Virus record (IMG/VR): IMGVR_UViG_2585427791_000002
DNA: 28,735 bases
Origin: a virus
Taxonomy: Duplodnaviria > Heunggongvirae > Uroviricota > Caudoviricetes
Reading direction: 5' to 3' (one strand)
The stretch's first letter is position 1. Each line of letters begins with the position of its first letter. Both the position numbers and the translations under genes were made by a program. The notes below the pieces were generated by a model that saw only the letters and a program-made list of their open reading frames with translations, was not told the origin of the DNA and ran no database searches. Of this stretch, positions 9,805-24,314 are shown piece after piece.

Positions 9805-12380
9805 CGTCCACCTCCGGAGAACAGACCACCATCGCGCATCTGTGCCTGGATTTCATCACGGGCACCCTTGCGGGCCATGTCATACACCGCCTTCATCATC
9901 TGTGGACCTGGCAGACCATTCGTACCGTCGTTCTGAATCACCACGTGATTGTTCTGATTAAAATTAATGCCTTCAGCCCGCCGCATCTGCGCCGGACTTC
10001 CGGCACCGCCCACATAACCACCTTCCGCATAGCCCCGCATCAGGCGGTACAGGTTGCCGACACCAATCCGGCTGGTTGCCTCCTTCGTGAAGACAAATTC
10101 ACCACGGTGAACAATCCCCGCTGGCTCATATTTGCCGCCGGTTCCCGTAAATCCCCCGGTCGCAAAATGGAATTTCGCCGCAGCGGCCTGAATGGCTGTA
10201 CCGCCTGACGCGGATGCGCCGCCACCAACAGCCCCGCCAATGGCGCTGCCGATACTCCCGACAATCCCCACCATTGCCTGCTTAAGCAGAATTTCTGTCA
10301 TCATGGACAGCACGGAGCGGGTGAAGCTGCGCCAGTTCTGTTCACTGCCGGTCAGCATCGCCGCCATATTCTGCGCAATACCATCAAAGGTCTGCGTGGC
10401 TGCACTTTTAACCTGCGACATACTGTCCGTGGCACTCTCTTTCCACTCGCTCCAGCCGGACCTGAGGCCTGCCATCCAGTTCCCGCGAAGCAGGTCTTCA
10501 GCCGCCCAGGTCTTTTTCTGCTCTGACATGACGTTATTCAGCGCCAGAGGATTATCGCCATACTGTTCCTTCAGGCGCTGTTCCGTGGCTTCCCGTTCTG
10601 CCTGCCGGTCAGTCAGCCCCCGGCTTTTCGCATCAATAGCGGCCCGTTTTGCCCGTTGCTGCTGTGCGAATTTATCCGCCTTCTGCGCCAGCGCGTTCAG
10701 GCGCTCCTGATACGTAACCTTGTCGCCAAGTGCAGCCAGCTGGCGTTTGTACTCCAGCGTCTCATCTTTATGCGCCAGCAGGGATTTCTCCTGTGCAGAC
10801 AGCTGGCGACGTTGCGCCGCCTCCTCCAGTACCGCGAACTGACTCTCCGCCTTCCACAAATCCCGGCGCTGCTGGCTGATTTTCTCATTTGCTCCGGCAT
10901 GCTTCTCCAGCGTCCGGAGTTCTGCCTGAAGCGTCAGCAGGGCAGCATGAGCACTGTCTTCCTGACGATCGCCCGCAGACACCTTCACGCCGGACTGTTT
11001 CGGCTTTTTCAGCGTCGCTTCATAGTCCTTTTTCGCCGCCGCCATCAGCGTGTTGTAATCTGCCTGCAGAATTTTCCCGTCCTTCAGTGCCTTGTTCAGT
11101 TCTTCCTGACGGGCGGTATATTTCTCCAGCGGCGTCTGCAGGCGTTCGTAAGCCTTCTGCGCCTCTTCGGTATATTTCAGCCGTGATGCCTCAGACTCGG
11201 CCCAGTCCTTTGCTGCCATCTCTCTGGCCTTTTCAAGATCGGCCTGCAACGTGGCGGCTGAAAGCCCAAGTTGCGCATTCGCTCTGTCCTCCCATGCTCC
11301 CCGGAGATTGGCAAGAAATGCTGAGGTTTTACCGCGCCGGTGGCTCCGGCTCTGATACCACTGCCATTTTTTGTCCGCCTCATCAAAAGCCTTTTCTGCT
11401 TTCTCCAGCATTCCCTGGGCAGTGTCCGGGCGACCAATATCCAGCACCGAATCCCACATGGATTTGAATGCCCGTGCTGTCCTGTCTGCCCAGGTCTCCA
11501 GCGTGCCCATGTTCTCTTTCAGGCGGCGGGTCTGGTCATCAAACCCTTTCGTTGCGGCCTCGTTCGCCGCCTGCAATGCCCCGGCTTCATCTCCGGAACG
11601 CTGCAACTGAGCAACATACGCAATCTGCTCCGCCGTCACGTTATGGAACTGACGTGCCATCGCTGTCAGTCCCGACGTCGGGTCTGTGGTCAGCTTCCCG
11701 AAGGCTTCAGCGACCTTGTCCACCTCCACGCCGGATGCAGAGGAGAAACGCGCCACACTCTGGCTGATCGCCTCAAACTGCTCACCACCACGCACACCGG
11801 CATTCACCAGCGCCGTCAGTGACTCGCTGGTCTGGTTAAACGTCAGCCCTGCCGCCTGCCCGGCTCTGGACAGGACCAGCATACGATCTGCCGTCAGTCC
11901 CGCCTGATTGCCGGAAAGGACCAGCGTTTTGTTGAAATCGGACAGGGTTGAGTTGCCCTGATACCAGGCATACGCCAGCGCACCGGTCGCCACCGCCAGC
12001 GAGGTGGCCCCCACCATCGGCAGGGTGATCGCACCGGCAAGCCCCCTGAACATGGGGATCATCCCGCCGAAGGAGTCCTTAACCTGACCACCCTGTTGCA
12101 GCAGGATCAGCCACGGGCTTTGCCCGCCTGCAAGCTGCGTGGCCACGTCGGTGAACTGTGCAGGCAGCATACGCATGGCGGCTTTATACTGCCCGACGGA
12201 AATCCCCGCTTTCTGTGCAGCCAGCGCCTGTCGGCTCAGCGACTGTTCAACGACTGCCGCTGTTTTTTTCGCATCAGTTTCCGTACCGGAAAAATGACGC
12301 CTGACTCTGGCCATCTGCTCGTCAAATCTGGCCGCATCCAGACTTAAATCAACGACCAGATCGCCTACCGGTTCAGCCAT
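9801..12380 (-). CDS. H: Tail tape-measure protein H
   Basis: 859 aa; MAEPVGDLVVDLSLDAARFDEQMARVRRHF… matches lambda gpH over most of its length; coiled-coil-rich centre and Gly-rich C-terminal segment. Confidence 0.96.
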   Translation of the reverse strand: MAEPVGDLVVDLSLDAARFDEQMARVRRHFSGTETDAKKTAAVVEQSLSRQALAAQKAGISVGQYKAAMRMLPAQFTDVATQLAGGQSPWLILLQQGGQVKDSFGGMIPMFRGLAGAITLPMVGATSLAVATGALAYAWYQGNSTLSDFNKTLVLSGNQAGLTADRMLVLSRAGQAAGLTFNQTSESLTALVNAGVRGGEQFEAISQSVARFSSASGVEVDKVAEAFGKLTTDPTSGLTAMARQFHNVTAEQIAYVAQLQRSGDEAGALQAANEAATKGFDDQTRRLKENMGTLETWADRTARAFKSMWDSVLDIGRPDTAQGMLEKAEKAFDEADKKWQWYQSRSHRRGKTSAFLANLRGAWEDRANAQLGLSAATLQADLEKAREMAAKDWAESEASRLKYTEEAQKAYERLQTPLEKYTARQEELNKALKDGKILQADYNTLMAAAKKDYEATLKKPKQSGVKVSAGDRQEDSAHAALLTLQAELRTLEKHAGANEKISQQRRDLWKAESQFAVLEEAAQRRQLSAQEKSLLAHKDETLEYKRQLAALGDKVTYQERLNALAQKADKFAQQQRAKRAAIDAKSRGLTDRQAEREATEQRLKEQYGDNPLALNNVMSEQKKTWAAEDLLRGNWMAGLRSGWSEWKESATDSMSQVKSAATQTFDGIAQNMAAMLTGSEQNWRSFTRSVLSMMTEILLKQAMVGIVGSIGSAIGGAVGGGASASGGTAIQAAAAKFHFATGGFTGTGGKYEPAGIVHRGEFVFTKEATSRIGVGNLYRLMRGYAEGGYVGGAGSPAQMRRAEGINFNQNNHVVIQNDGTNGLPGPQMMKAVYDMARKGARDEIQAQMRDGGLFSGGGR

Positions 12381-12807
12381 ACCGGACTCCTCCTGCGATC
12401 CCTTCTGATACTGTCATCAGCATTACGTCATCCTCCGTCATGTCCGCCACATCCGGGGAAGCGGGGATAACTTCATTCCCGTCCGGGCCAAAACGAACGC
12501 CTCCGGCAAGCCCTGCCGCTTTCTGCATCAGCACATCATCTTCAGGCTCTTCGTCAGCCTCGCGCCGGTTCAGCAGACTGAAATCCAGCGGATGCATCTC
12601 CGGATCGCTGAAAAACAGGCTGAGCACGGTGTACGTCAGCCCGGAAAAGTGCATATCCAGCAGAACATCATGAAAATAATGGGTACTGTAAAAGCGGTGC
12701 CAGTCGGCATACTCCGTGGATGACATCCCGGCAAGCATGGCGCGCCAGTCGGGTCGCCCCATCTCACGCGCCAGTTTCAGGGCAAAACTCAGCTCACCGT
12801 CGAACAC
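12373..12807 (-). CDS. T: T frame of the tail assembly chaperone, expressed only as a G-T fusion by programmed -1 frameshift
   Basis: 144 aa frame matching lambda gpT; opens at the slippery heptamer at the end of G and has no independent ATG. Confidence 0.9.
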   Translation of the reverse strand: MFDGELSFALKLAREMGRPDWRAMLAGMSSTEYADWHRFYSTHYFHDVLLDMHFSGLTYTVLSLFFSDPEMHPLDFSLLNRREADEEPEDDVLMQKAAGLAGGVRFGPDGNEVIPASPDVADMTEDDVMLMTVSEGIAGGVRYG

Positions 12808-13211
12808 TTTCCCGCAGAAACAGGCTCTGCAGGCCCGGCGTCCTCTGCCTGTTCAGGAGCATCATTCACCACAAACTCATACATACCGGACAGCCGGTAC
12901 ACCACGTTTTCAGCATGAGAAATTGCCTCTGTGGGCCAGGTGGTAAGCACTTCCTGCTCAATCTGTTTAACGGCTTCATTCATGGAAGGCAGCTTTGTCT
13001 TCTTCGGATGGTTATGCCACAGGGACATCGCCACCAGAAACGCGCCGGTTCTGATGGCGTCTTCCACAGTAAACTTCCGGTTGCTGTCTGACTCCGCCTG
13101 TTCTGCCTGCCGTTTCATCAGGGCGAGATGCTCAATACGCTGCAGGGCTGACAGTTCAGAAAGCGTGACGGTCACACCGTTATGTTCAAATGATTCGGTT
13201 TTCAGGAACAT
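12789..13211 (-). CDS. G: Tail assembly chaperone G
   Basis: 140 aa; MFLKTESFEHNGVTVTLSELSALQRIEHLALMKRQAEQAE… matches lambda gpG. Confidence 0.95.
   Translation of the reverse strand: MFLKTESFEHNGVTVTLSELSALQRIEHLALMKRQAEQAESDSNRKFTVEDAIRTGAFLVAMSLWHNHPKKTKLPSMNEAVKQIEQEVLTTWPTEAISHAENVVYRLSGMYEFVVNDAPEQAEDAGPAEPVSAGKCSTVS
12807..12813 (-). promoter_or_regulatory. Programmed -1 ribosomal frameshift slippery heptamer G GGA AAG (G to G-T)
   Basis: Minus-strand GGGAAAG lies in the G/T overlap, the same heptamer as the lambda G-T frameshift site. Confidence 0.8.
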
Positions 13212-13226
13212 CGCTGACTCTCCGGA

Positions 13227-13967
13227 TTAACTGGCGGTGACGTTGATTTCTGCAACCGCAGCAAACTCACCATTACCGGATACGACCGGAATGTTGACCT
13301 TGCCTGCAGCAACACCTTTCACGGTGATGGTCATACCACTGACCGACACGGTGGCTTTTGTTTTATCCGCAGACACCGCACGGAAGCTCTTGTCGGTTGC
13401 GCCATCCGGCTGGAATGCCACGGTCAGCGTGGTGCTCTGCCCTTTCACTACGGAAGCACTGGCGGGGGTCACCGTCATGCCGGTTGTCGCCGTCACCGTG
13501 CTGCGATCTTCTGCCATCGACGGACGTCCCACATTGGTGACCTTCACCGTGCGGGTAATCACTTCCTTCGCCGTCACCGCCTTACCGATACTGCTGACCC
13601 AGCCACGGAACACATCGACCGTGCCGTTCGGGAAGCGGATTTTATAGGCACGGGTATCGCCTTCATTAAACCACGCCAGCAGCGCCTGCTGCCCCTGCTC
13701 TCCGGGCATCCACGCCAGCGTGAAGCTGGTATCTCCGGCAGATTTCTGCCCCTGCCCGGTCGCAGTCCAGTCTGCATCTTCATCATCGAGATAGCTGTCG
13801 TCATAAGACTCAGCGGTCAGTTCGCCGGGCGTCAGGTCTTTAACTTTTGCCAGACGCGACCAGTCAACGTCTGAAAGCGGATTCGCATAAGGGTCACCAC
13901 TCCCCTTATAAACCCACAGGGTGGTCCCGGCCCCTTTCACCGGCATTACAGGATTTGGTACAGGCAT
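13227..13967 (-). CDS. V: Major tail tube protein V (C-terminal Ig-like domain)
   Basis: Matches lambda gpV from [22 protein letters not shown]… (246 aa); the track ORF extends 10 codons upstream, but the lambda start is the Met at 13967. Confidence 0.93.
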   Translation of the reverse strand: MPVPNPVMPVKGAGTTLWVYKGSGDPYANPLSDVDWSRLAKVKDLTPGELTAESYDDSYLDDEDADWTATGQGQKSAGDTSFTLAWMPGEQGQQALLAWFNEGDTRAYKIRFPNGTVDVFRGWVSSIGKAVTAKEVITRTVKVTNVGRPSMAEDRSTVTATTGMTVTPASASVVKGQSTTLTVAFQPDGATDKSFRAVSADKTKATVSVSGMTITVKGVAAGKVNIPVVSGNGEFAAVAEINVTAS

Positions 13968-13974
13968 AGCGTCC

Positions 13975-14370
13975 TCACATTTCATAGGTAATGACATAAG
14001 TCAGATCGGCTGAACTCCACAGGCCCGCATCATCGTCGCGCCGATAGTCATAGCCGCTGGTCACCATACTGGTGATCAAATCTGACAGTGCCGGGATATC
14101 ACTCATCACCGGATAAATCCGGGACTCCATCCACGCATCCAGCTCTGAATCCGGCACCTGAGCAGGCAGGAAAACTTCAATATGCAGCTCCGCCTGCCAG
14201 GTATCGCTGTCCAGCTCTTCGCCCGTGTATTCAGCGCCGGTGAGATAAACGGCAATTGCCGGAAAATCTTCCTCATCAAAAACAGCGGGGCGACCATCAA
14301 AAAGCGTCGCCCCGGTGTCATGCTTCTCCAGTGCATCCAGTACGGCTGCTCGGAGTTCAGTATGTTTCAT
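13975..14370 (-). CDS. U: Tail terminator protein U
   Basis: 131 aa; [45 protein letters not shown]… matches lambda gpU. Confidence 0.95.
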   Translation of the reverse strand: MKHTELRAAVLDALEKHDTGATLFDGRPAVFDEEDFPAIAVYLTGAEYTGEELDSDTWQAELHIEVFLPAQVPDSELDAWMESRIYPVMSDIPALSDLITSMVTSGYDYRRDDDAGLWSSADLTYVITYEM

Positions 14371-14945
14371 CGCTTTATTACCATCCTCAGTTGATGCTGC
14401 AGCGCATAGCCCAGCTCTTTCGGAAGACGCTCACGCCGTATCCGCTCAATATTCTGTTTAAACGCCGTGGTCAGCGGCACCGCCATCGGGATTTTCACCA
14501 CATCAATGGGGTAACGATTTTTCCCGGCCACACGCTGCATGACATGCCAGCGGCCATTTTTCAGTTGCTGAATAAACGCGCCGGGAATACGACGGTTTCC
14601 CACCACAAGCACGCTGCCGCCACCTTTCAGGGCTGAACGCTGCCCCTTTTTACGACGCCTGCGTCGGGGCAGGACAATCCGCGCGTTACCCAGCTTTATT
14701 ACGGGCAAATCCCCCCGGTTAACCTTGATTCTGGCCTGCGGATTTTTGACCGTGGCCCTTTTCAGCCTGGCCCTTTCCTTTACCAGTTTCCGGCGTACCT
14801 TTGTCTCACGGGCAACCTGTGACGCCGACTGCGATATCGCGGATGAAGCAACGCGGTTAATGGCCATTGCGGCGGCACCGGGCACCGCCGTTCTGCTGAT
14901 ACGGCTGAGGTTTTCAACGGCCTGCTCAAGACCTTTTATGGCCAT
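14367..14945 (-). CDS. Z: Tail completion protein Z
   Basis: 192 aa; MAIKGLEQAVENLSRISRTAVPGAAAMAINRVASS… matches lambda gpZ; start overlaps the U region. Confidence 0.94.
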   Translation of the reverse strand: MAIKGLEQAVENLSRISRTAVPGAAAMAINRVASSAISQSASQVARETKVRRKLVKERARLKRATVKNPQARIKVNRGDLPVIKLGNARIVLPRRRRRKKGQRSALKGGGSVLVVGNRRIPGAFIQQLKNGRWHVMQRVAGKNRYPIDVVKIPMAVPLTTAFKQNIERIRRERLPKELGYALQHQLRMVIKR

Positions 14946-14956
14946 ACATCCCCCTT

Positions 14957-15310
14957 TCAGCGGCGACGGTTAACGGCAGGCGGTACGCCCCGCCCAAGCC
15001 AGAGATGACAGCTTCCGCCATCATCTGGCGAAATCCGGTCTATCCAGAAGTTTTCCTCACCGATGGTCAGCGTGTCGCCGCGCCGCAGCTGCCGCACATC
15101 ATCAGTCCGGACAAACAGGGACGGGCTGGAGCCTTCAACGCGCACGCCCTGTCCGGCATAGCTGATATTTTCAGGGTCATCAAAAACACCACGTATCACA
15201 GCACCGGACTGCTCACCGGATGTCATGGTGGCTGACGTTCCCATGTACCCGCGTATCGTTTCATCGGCGCGGGCAATGGCAGCATCGAACAGGTTATCGA
15301 AATCAGCCAC
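14957..15310 (-). CDS. FII: Head-tail connector protein FII
   Basis: 117 aa; MADFDNLFDAAIARADETIRGYMGTSATMTSGEQ… matches lambda gpFII. Confidence 0.95.
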   Translation of the reverse strand: MADFDNLFDAAIARADETIRGYMGTSATMTSGEQSGAVIRGVFDDPENISYAGQGVRVEGSSPSLFVRTDDVRQLRRGDTLTIGEENFWIDRISPDDGGSCHLWLGRGVPPAVNRRR

Positions 15311-15321
15311 AGCGCCTCCCG

Positions 15322-15717
15322 TTATTGCATTCTGGCCAGGCCGCGCTCTGTCATTTCAGCTGACACACCGGCAGAGACACGGAACGCCGTTCCCGGCAGC
15401 ACAAATGCCACAGCCTCATCCCGCGTGGCGTGAAGTGCATCAGTATGCAGCGTCACCAGTGCCACAACCGTGACCAGATCAGCCGTATCAGTCACGGTAT
15501 CCGGCTGCGCTGATACCACCTCATTTTCATGTCCGGTCAGCGCATTTTCCGGGCTGACAGATGTGTCCTGACCGGCAGCGTCATCCGTGTCATCAAGCTC
15601 CTCTTCCAGCTCTGCCACACGGAGCACCAGTTCTTCTTTCGTCCCCGTCAGGCTGACATCACGGTTCAGTTGCTCACCCAGCACCTGAAGACGGGCAATC
15701 AGTTCATCTTTCGTCAT
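15322..15717 (-). CDS. FI: DNA packaging protein FI
   Basis: Matches lambda gpFI from MTKDELIARLQVLGEQLNRDVSLTGTKEEL…; the upstream in-frame extension in the track is not conserved. Confidence 0.9.
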   Translation of the reverse strand: MTKDELIARLQVLGEQLNRDVSLTGTKEELVLRVAELEEELDDTDDAAGQDTSVSPENALTGHENEVVSAQPDTVTDTADLVTVVALVTLHTDALHATRDEAVAFVLPGTAFRVSAGVSAEMTERGLARMQ

Positions 15718-15758
15718 GGACTCCTCCACAGAGAGAAAATGGCCCCGAAGGGCCATGA

Positions 15759-16784
15759 TTACGCCAGTTGTACGGACACGAACGCATCAGGGTCAGCCAG
15801 CAGCATCAGCGGTGCTGACTGAATCATGGTGAACTCACGCGCCGGATCGCCGGTGGTCACCCAGTTTTTCGGGTAGCGGGCAGAGGCGTTAATACCTTCG
15901 CGCTGTGCGTCCGCATCCTGAATGCAGCCATAGGTGCGCAGACCGCGTGCCTGAGTGTTCCCCAGCACCATCGTGTTGTCCGGAAGGAAGTTCTTTTTGA
16001 CGTCGTTTTCCACGTACTGTCCGGAATACACGACGATCGCCGTATCGCCATACATCCCCTTATAGGACACCGCTTCGCCCAGGTCTTTTACCGCTGTCTC
16101 CAGCTCGGAATTAGAGCCGCGACGGGTATCCAGCTTCTCCCTGACGGCTTTGAAGGAACGGAACAGCGCCCAGCCTTTCGGATCAAACACGATGATATTC
16201 ACCACTCCGCTGGCGTTCAGCGCATAGGCTTCGATATCGTCGGTCGGGTCATACGTGGACTTGTCACGCTTGCTCCACTCCGTACCACCGGACTGTGTGA
16301 TGTTGTTCGCCGCACTGCGGCCCATATCCACCTCAACCGGATCGAAGGCTTCACCGGTCATGGTGTATTTGCCCTTAAGCACAGCAGAAACTGCCTGCAT
16401 CTCTTCGACCTGAGCAATGGCCAGCTCTTCGTCTCGCATGTTCTGCATGATGATGCGACGGCGGCGGTAAGCCGGGTCCGCCAGATTCTGCGGATCTTCA
16501 TCCGGCAGGCGACGCAGGGTCATCTGCGGATTCACCTCATGCTTCGGCTTGACATATCCCGGTGTAAATTCAGAGGTGGAGCCGCCACGGGAGCGGATAA
16601 CCTCACCGGAAACAATCGGCGAAACGTACAGCGCCATGTTTACCAGTCCCGGAATTTGTGAGAGATAGACTTTCTCCGTGGTGAAGGGATAGCTCTCACG
16701 GAAAAAGAGACGCAGAAACAGCGGATCAAACTTAAATTTCTTCTCATTTGCCGCCAGCAGCTGGGCGGTTGTGTACATCGACAT
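15759..16784 (-). CDS. E: Major capsid protein E (HK97 fold)
   Basis: 341 aa from MSMYTTAQLLAANEKKFKFDPLFLRLFFRESYPFTTEKVYLSQIPGLVNMALYVSPIVSGE…; matches lambda gpE; ATG at 16782-16784. Confidence 0.96.
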   Translation of the reverse strand: MSMYTTAQLLAANEKKFKFDPLFLRLFFRESYPFTTEKVYLSQIPGLVNMALYVSPIVSGEVIRSRGGSTSEFTPGYVKPKHEVNPQMTLRRLPDEDPQNLADPAYRRRRIIMQNMRDEELAIAQVEEMQAVSAVLKGKYTMTGEAFDPVEVDMGRSAANNITQSGGTEWSKRDKSTYDPTDDIEAYALNASGVVNIIVFDPKGWALFRSFKAVREKLDTRRGSNSELETAVKDLGEAVSYKGMYGDTAIVVYSGQYVENDVKKNFLPDNTMVLGNTQARGLRTYGCIQDADAQREGINASARYPKNWVTTGDPAREFTMIQSAPLMLLADPDAFVSVQLA

Positions 16785-16839
16785 AAAAAAATCCCATAAA
16801 AAAAGCCGCACAGGCGGCCTTTAGTGATGAAGGGTAAGG

Positions 16840-17172
16840 TTAAACGATGCTGATTGCCGTTCCGGCAAACGCGGTCCGTTTTTTCGTCTCGTCGCTGGCA
16901 GCCCCCGGCCAGAGCACATCCTCATAACGGAACGTGCCGGACTTGTAGAACATCAGTGTGGTGCTGGTCTGGTCAGCAGCAACCGCCAGAATGCCAACGG
17001 CAGCACCGTCGGTGGTGCCATCCCACGCAACCAGCTTACGGGTGGAGGTGTCCAGCATCAGCGGGGTCATTGCAGGCGCTTTCGCACTCAATCCGCCGGG
17101 CGCGGTTGCGGTATGAGCCGGGTCACTGTTGCCCAGCGGCTGGTAATGGGTAAAGGTTTCTTTGCTCGTCAT
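16840..17172 (-). CDS. D: Head decoration protein D
   Basis: 110 aa from [43 protein letters not shown]…; matches lambda gpD. Confidence 0.95.
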   Translation of the reverse strand: MTSKETFTHYQPLGNSDPAHTATAPGGLSAKAPAMTPLMLDTSTRKLVAWDGTTDGAAVGILAVAADQTSTTLMFYKSGTFRYEDVLWPGAASDETKKRTAFAGTAISIV

Positions 17173-17181
17173 AAACATCCC

Positions 17182-18481
17182 TTACACTGGTGTGTTCAGC
17201 AAATCGTTAACGGCATCAGATGCCGGGTTACCTGCAGCCAGCGGTGCCGGTGCCCCCTGCATCAGACGATCCAGCGCAGTGTCACTGCGCGCCTGTGCAC
17301 TCTGTGGTGCTGCGGCCAGAATGCGGCGGGCCGTTTCCACGGTCATACCGGGGGTTTCTGCCAGCACGCGGGCCTGTTCTTCGCGTCCGTGAGCCTCCTC
17401 ACAGTTGAGGATCCCCATAATGCGGCTGTTTTCTGCCGCAACCGCAGCGGTGATCTGCGCGTTCACGTCCGGCTGCGCCGCGCTGGCGTTTTCGCCCTCC
17501 GTCGCTGGCACCACGTCAGTAACGTCAGCCTGCGAAGCAGTGGCTGAAACAGTTGTTGATTGAGTCTCTTTGGTCATTCGCCCTCCTGAGAGACGGGATT
17601 TACGTGCATCCAGTGCATCACGCATAACGGTGATCGCATCGGTGCTGTTGACAAGTTCATCAGCCAGTCCGGCATCAATGGCCTCCTGACCGCTGTACAC
17701 TGCAGCCTCGGTATCCAGCACAGCCTGCACGGACAGGCCGGTATATGCCGACACCTTCTGCGCAAACATCCGGCGGGTTGCATCCATCCGGGACTGCAGT
17801 GTCTCCCGGACGTCATCCGGAAGATGGCTGTAGGGGTTGCCATCCACCTTATGGCTGCCGCTGTAAATCAGCGTGATTTCCACGCCCTGTTTCTCCAGCG
17901 CAGCGCCGTAATTACTGTGAGCCATCATGACGCCGATGGAGCCTGTCCGGGCGGTCTGCGTGACCAGACGTCGGGAGGCGGCACTGGCAAGCAGCTGACC
18001 TGCACTGCAGTTCATGTCGTTGGCCAGCGCCCATACCGGCTTTATGTCACGCACACGGGCGATGATGTCAGCGCAGTCAAATGCTCCCGCCACCATTCCG
18101 CCCGGTGTGTCCATATCGAGCAGAATGCCGTCCACCATCGGGTCGCTGGCAGCCTGTTGCAGACGGGCGATAATGCCGTTGTAACCGGTCATCCCCGAGT
18201 ACAGCTGCAGCGCCCGCGTCCGGCTGACCAGCGTGCCGGACACCGGCAGCACGGCGATGCCGTTCATGACCTGATAACTGCGGGCCTGTCGTGGTCCGTC
18301 ATCATCACCGGATAATGCCAGCGTCGCGGGTGCCTCCTGGGCAGTCAGGCTGTCGCCGGACACCGCATCCGTCAGGCGGCTGATCCCAAGCTGGCCTGCA
18401 AGCGCACAAAAGAAAACCCGCGCATAGGCGGGTTCAAGCATCAGCGGCTCATTAAAGGCCATGCTGGCAATATGCGGGAGA

Positions 18482-18501
<20 letters not shown>
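17182..18501 (-). CDS. C: Head maturation protease / minor capsid protein C, with the Nu3 scaffold nested in frame in its 3' portion
   Basis: 439 aa matching lambda gpC (…TAELRNLPHIASMAFNEPLMLEPAYARVFF…); GTG start at about 18501 preceded by GGAGGAG; the track ORF runs further upstream in frame through the end of B. Confidence 0.9.
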
Positions 18502-22182
<3,681 letters not shown>

Positions 22183-22208
<26 letters not shown>

Positions 22209-22728
22209 TCAGCAACCCCGGTATCAGTTCATCCAGCGCGGCTGCTTTGTTCATGGCTTTGATGATATCCCGTTTCAGGAAATCAACATGTCGGTTTTCC
22301 AGTTCCGGAAAACGCCGCTGCACCGACAGGGGGATCCCGTCGAGAATACTGGCAATTTCACCTGCGATCCGCGACAGCACGAAAGTACAGAATGCGGTTT
22401 CCACCACTTCAGCGGAGTCTCTGGCATTCTTCAGTTCCTGTGCGTCGGCCTGCGCACGCGTAAGTCGATGGCGTTCGTACTCAATAGTCCCTGGCTGGAG
22501 ATCTGCCTCGCTGGCCTGCCGCAGTTCTTCAACTTCCCGGCGCAGCTTTTCGTTCTCAATTTCAGCATCCCTTTCGGCATACCATCTTATAACGGCGGCA
22601 GAGTCATAAAGCACCTCATTACCCTTGCCACCGCCTCGCAGAACGGGCATTCCCTGTTCCTGCCAGTTCTGAATGGTACGGATACTCGCACCGAAAATGT
22701 CAGCCAGCTGCTTTTTGTTGACTTCCAT
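22183..22728 (-). CDS. Nu1: Terminase small subunit Nu1
   Basis: 181 aa; MEVNKKQLADIFGASIRTIQNWQEQGMPVLRGGGKGNEVLYDSAAVIRWYAERD… matches lambda gpNu1 (winged-helix DNA-binding N-terminus). Confidence 0.97.
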
Positions 22729-22739
22729 TGTTCATTCCA

Positions 22740-22960
22740 CGGCCAAAAACAGAGAAAGGAAACGACAGAGGCCCAAAAGCTCGTTTTCAGCACCTGTCGT
22801 TTCCTTTCTTTTCAGGGGGTATTTTAAATAAAAACATTAAGTTACAACGAAGAAGAACGGAAACGCCTTAAACCGGAAAATTTTCATAAATAGCGAAAAC
22901 CCGCGAGGTCGCCGCCCCGTAACCTGTCGGATCGCCGGAAAGGACCCGCAAAATGATAAT
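22740..22960 (-). other. cos: cos packaging site: cosB (terminase/IHF binding) next to Nu1, cosN 12-nt cohesive-end sequence at about 22906-22917, cosQ beyond
   Basis: The plus strand carries the reverse complement of the lambda left end (…CGAAAACCCGCGAGGTCGCCGCCC) contiguous with right-end sequence (CGTAACCTGTCGGATC…), i.e. the unit-length genome ends joined as in an integrated prophage. Confidence 0.85.
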
Positions 22961-23116
22961 AATTATCATCTGCATGTCACAACGTGCATCTACGCCATCA
23001 AACCACGTCAAATAATCAATTATGACGCAGATATCGTATTAATTGATCTGCATCAACTTAACGTAAAAACAACTTCAGACAATACAAATCAGCGACACTG
23101 AATACGGGACAACCTC

Positions 23117-23350
23117 ATGTCAACGAAGAACAGAACCCGCAGAACAACAACCCGCAACATCCGCTTTCCTAACCAAATGATTGAACAAATTAACATCGCT
23201 CTTGAGCAAAAAGGGTCCGGGAATTTCTCAGCCTGGGTCATTGAAGCCTGCCGCCGGAGACTGTGCTCAGAAAAAAGAGTTTCTTCTGAAGCAAACAAAG
23301 AAAAGAGTGACATTACTGAATTGCTCAGAAAACAGGTCAGACCAGATTGA
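23117..23350 (+). CDS. ynfO: Small hypothetical protein conserved next to cos in lambdoid prophages (Qin YnfO-like)
   Basis: 77 aa ORF MSTKNRTRRTTTRNIRFPNQMIEQINIALEQKGSGNFSAWVIEACRRRL…; same position and orientation relative to cos as the lambda right-end ORF; name from memory of the K-12 Qin layout. Confidence 0.6.
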   Translation: MSTKNRTRRTTTRNIRFPNQMIEQINIALEQKGSGNFSAWVIEACRRRLCSEKRVSSEANKEKSDITELLRKQVRPD

Positions 23351-23407
23351 AGCAATTTAGATAATCGTGCAGACTACGCCCCCTCATATCACATGGAAGG
23401 TTTATCT

Positions 23408-23818
23408 ATGGATCAGGTAGTCATTTTTAAACAAATATTTGATAAAGTTCGAAACGATTTAAACTATCAATGGTTTTATTCTGAGCTAAAACGTCACAAT
23501 GTCTCACATTACATTTACTATTTAGCCACAGAGAATGTTCATATTGTATTAAAAAATGATAATACAGTGTTATTAAAGGGCCTAAAAAACATTGTGTCTG
23601 TCAAATTTTCAAAGGATAGGAATCTTATAGAAACGACCTCTAATAAGCTGAAATCCAGAGAGATCACATTTCAGGAATACAGAAGAAACCTTGCTAAAGC
23701 AGGAGTTTTTCGGTGGGTTACAAATATCCACGAACAAAAAAGATATTACTATACCTTTGATAATTCATTACTATTTACTGAAAGCATCCAGAAAACTACA
23801 CAGATCTTACCACGCTAA
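23408..23818 (+). CDS. ydfO: DUF1398-family prophage protein (YdfO/YbcV-like)
   Basis: 136 aa from [39 protein letters not shown]… preceded by GGAAGG; resembles remembered K-12 YdfO; the track ORF starts 5 codons upstream. Confidence 0.7.
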   Translation: MDQVVIFKQIFDKVRNDLNYQWFYSELKRHNVSHYIYYLATENVHIVLKNDNTVLLKGLKNIVSVKFSKDRNLIETTSNKLKSREITFQEYRRNLAKAGVFRWVTNIHEQKRYYYTFDNSLLFTESIQKTTQILPR

Positions 23819-23969
23819 ACCATAACGTCCGGCTTCTCTCACTCCTGAGCCGGACTGCATTGGTTTAATAAAAACCATCAACAATTGTGATTTAGATATT
23901 CGGAACCATTCAAATATAACAAAACCCCGTAAAAACGAGGTTTATGGATAAATTTTATTATTGAATACA

Positions 23970-24146
23970 TCAGATTAAATTAATCTTGACATCATAGCTT
24001 TCAAGACCCGTCATTTTTTCCCGTGCGGTAAACTGAATACTGGTAACTTCTTTCCCGGTCTTTTTCTTAAGTTCAATAATTTTTTTTGTTATATATTCAG
24101 AAATATCTGCTTCTGCTTTTGTTTTTAAGTTTTCAATATTCATCAT
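23970..24146 (-). CDS. gnsB: GnsA/GnsB-family small protein
   Basis: 58-codon ORF not in the supplied track, translated by hand: MMNIENLKTKAEADISEYITKKIIELKKKTGKEVTSIQFTAREKMTGLESYDVKINLI; AGAGGA ribosome-binding site; GnsB-like position next to ydfO. Confidence 0.65.
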   Translation of the reverse strand: MMNIENLKTKAEADISEYITKKIIELKKKTGKEVTSIQFTAREKMTGLESYDVKINLI

Positions 24147-24314
24147 TTCCTCTTTTAGTCTGTTATGACTTTCCAGTTACACAGTAAGTCGATTATATGG
24201 TGCAAACGTGTAAAAGATAAGATGAAACATCGCAATAATCAACATACGATAGTCTAAATTTTACACAAACAGACAAAGAGAATTTTCCTGAATTATCAAT
24301 GCAATAGCATCAAA

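Noticed and set aside
10192-11822. Several 150-190 aa ORFs on both strands within the tape-measure gene H
   Set aside because: Overlap the well-supported H gene; compositions are typical of alternative-frame artefacts.
22930-22960. Near-palindrome TGATAATAATTATCA beside cosN, considered as a possible operator
   Set aside because: Lies in the cosQ/right-end region that is conserved in lambda, so it is most simply part of the packaging signal.
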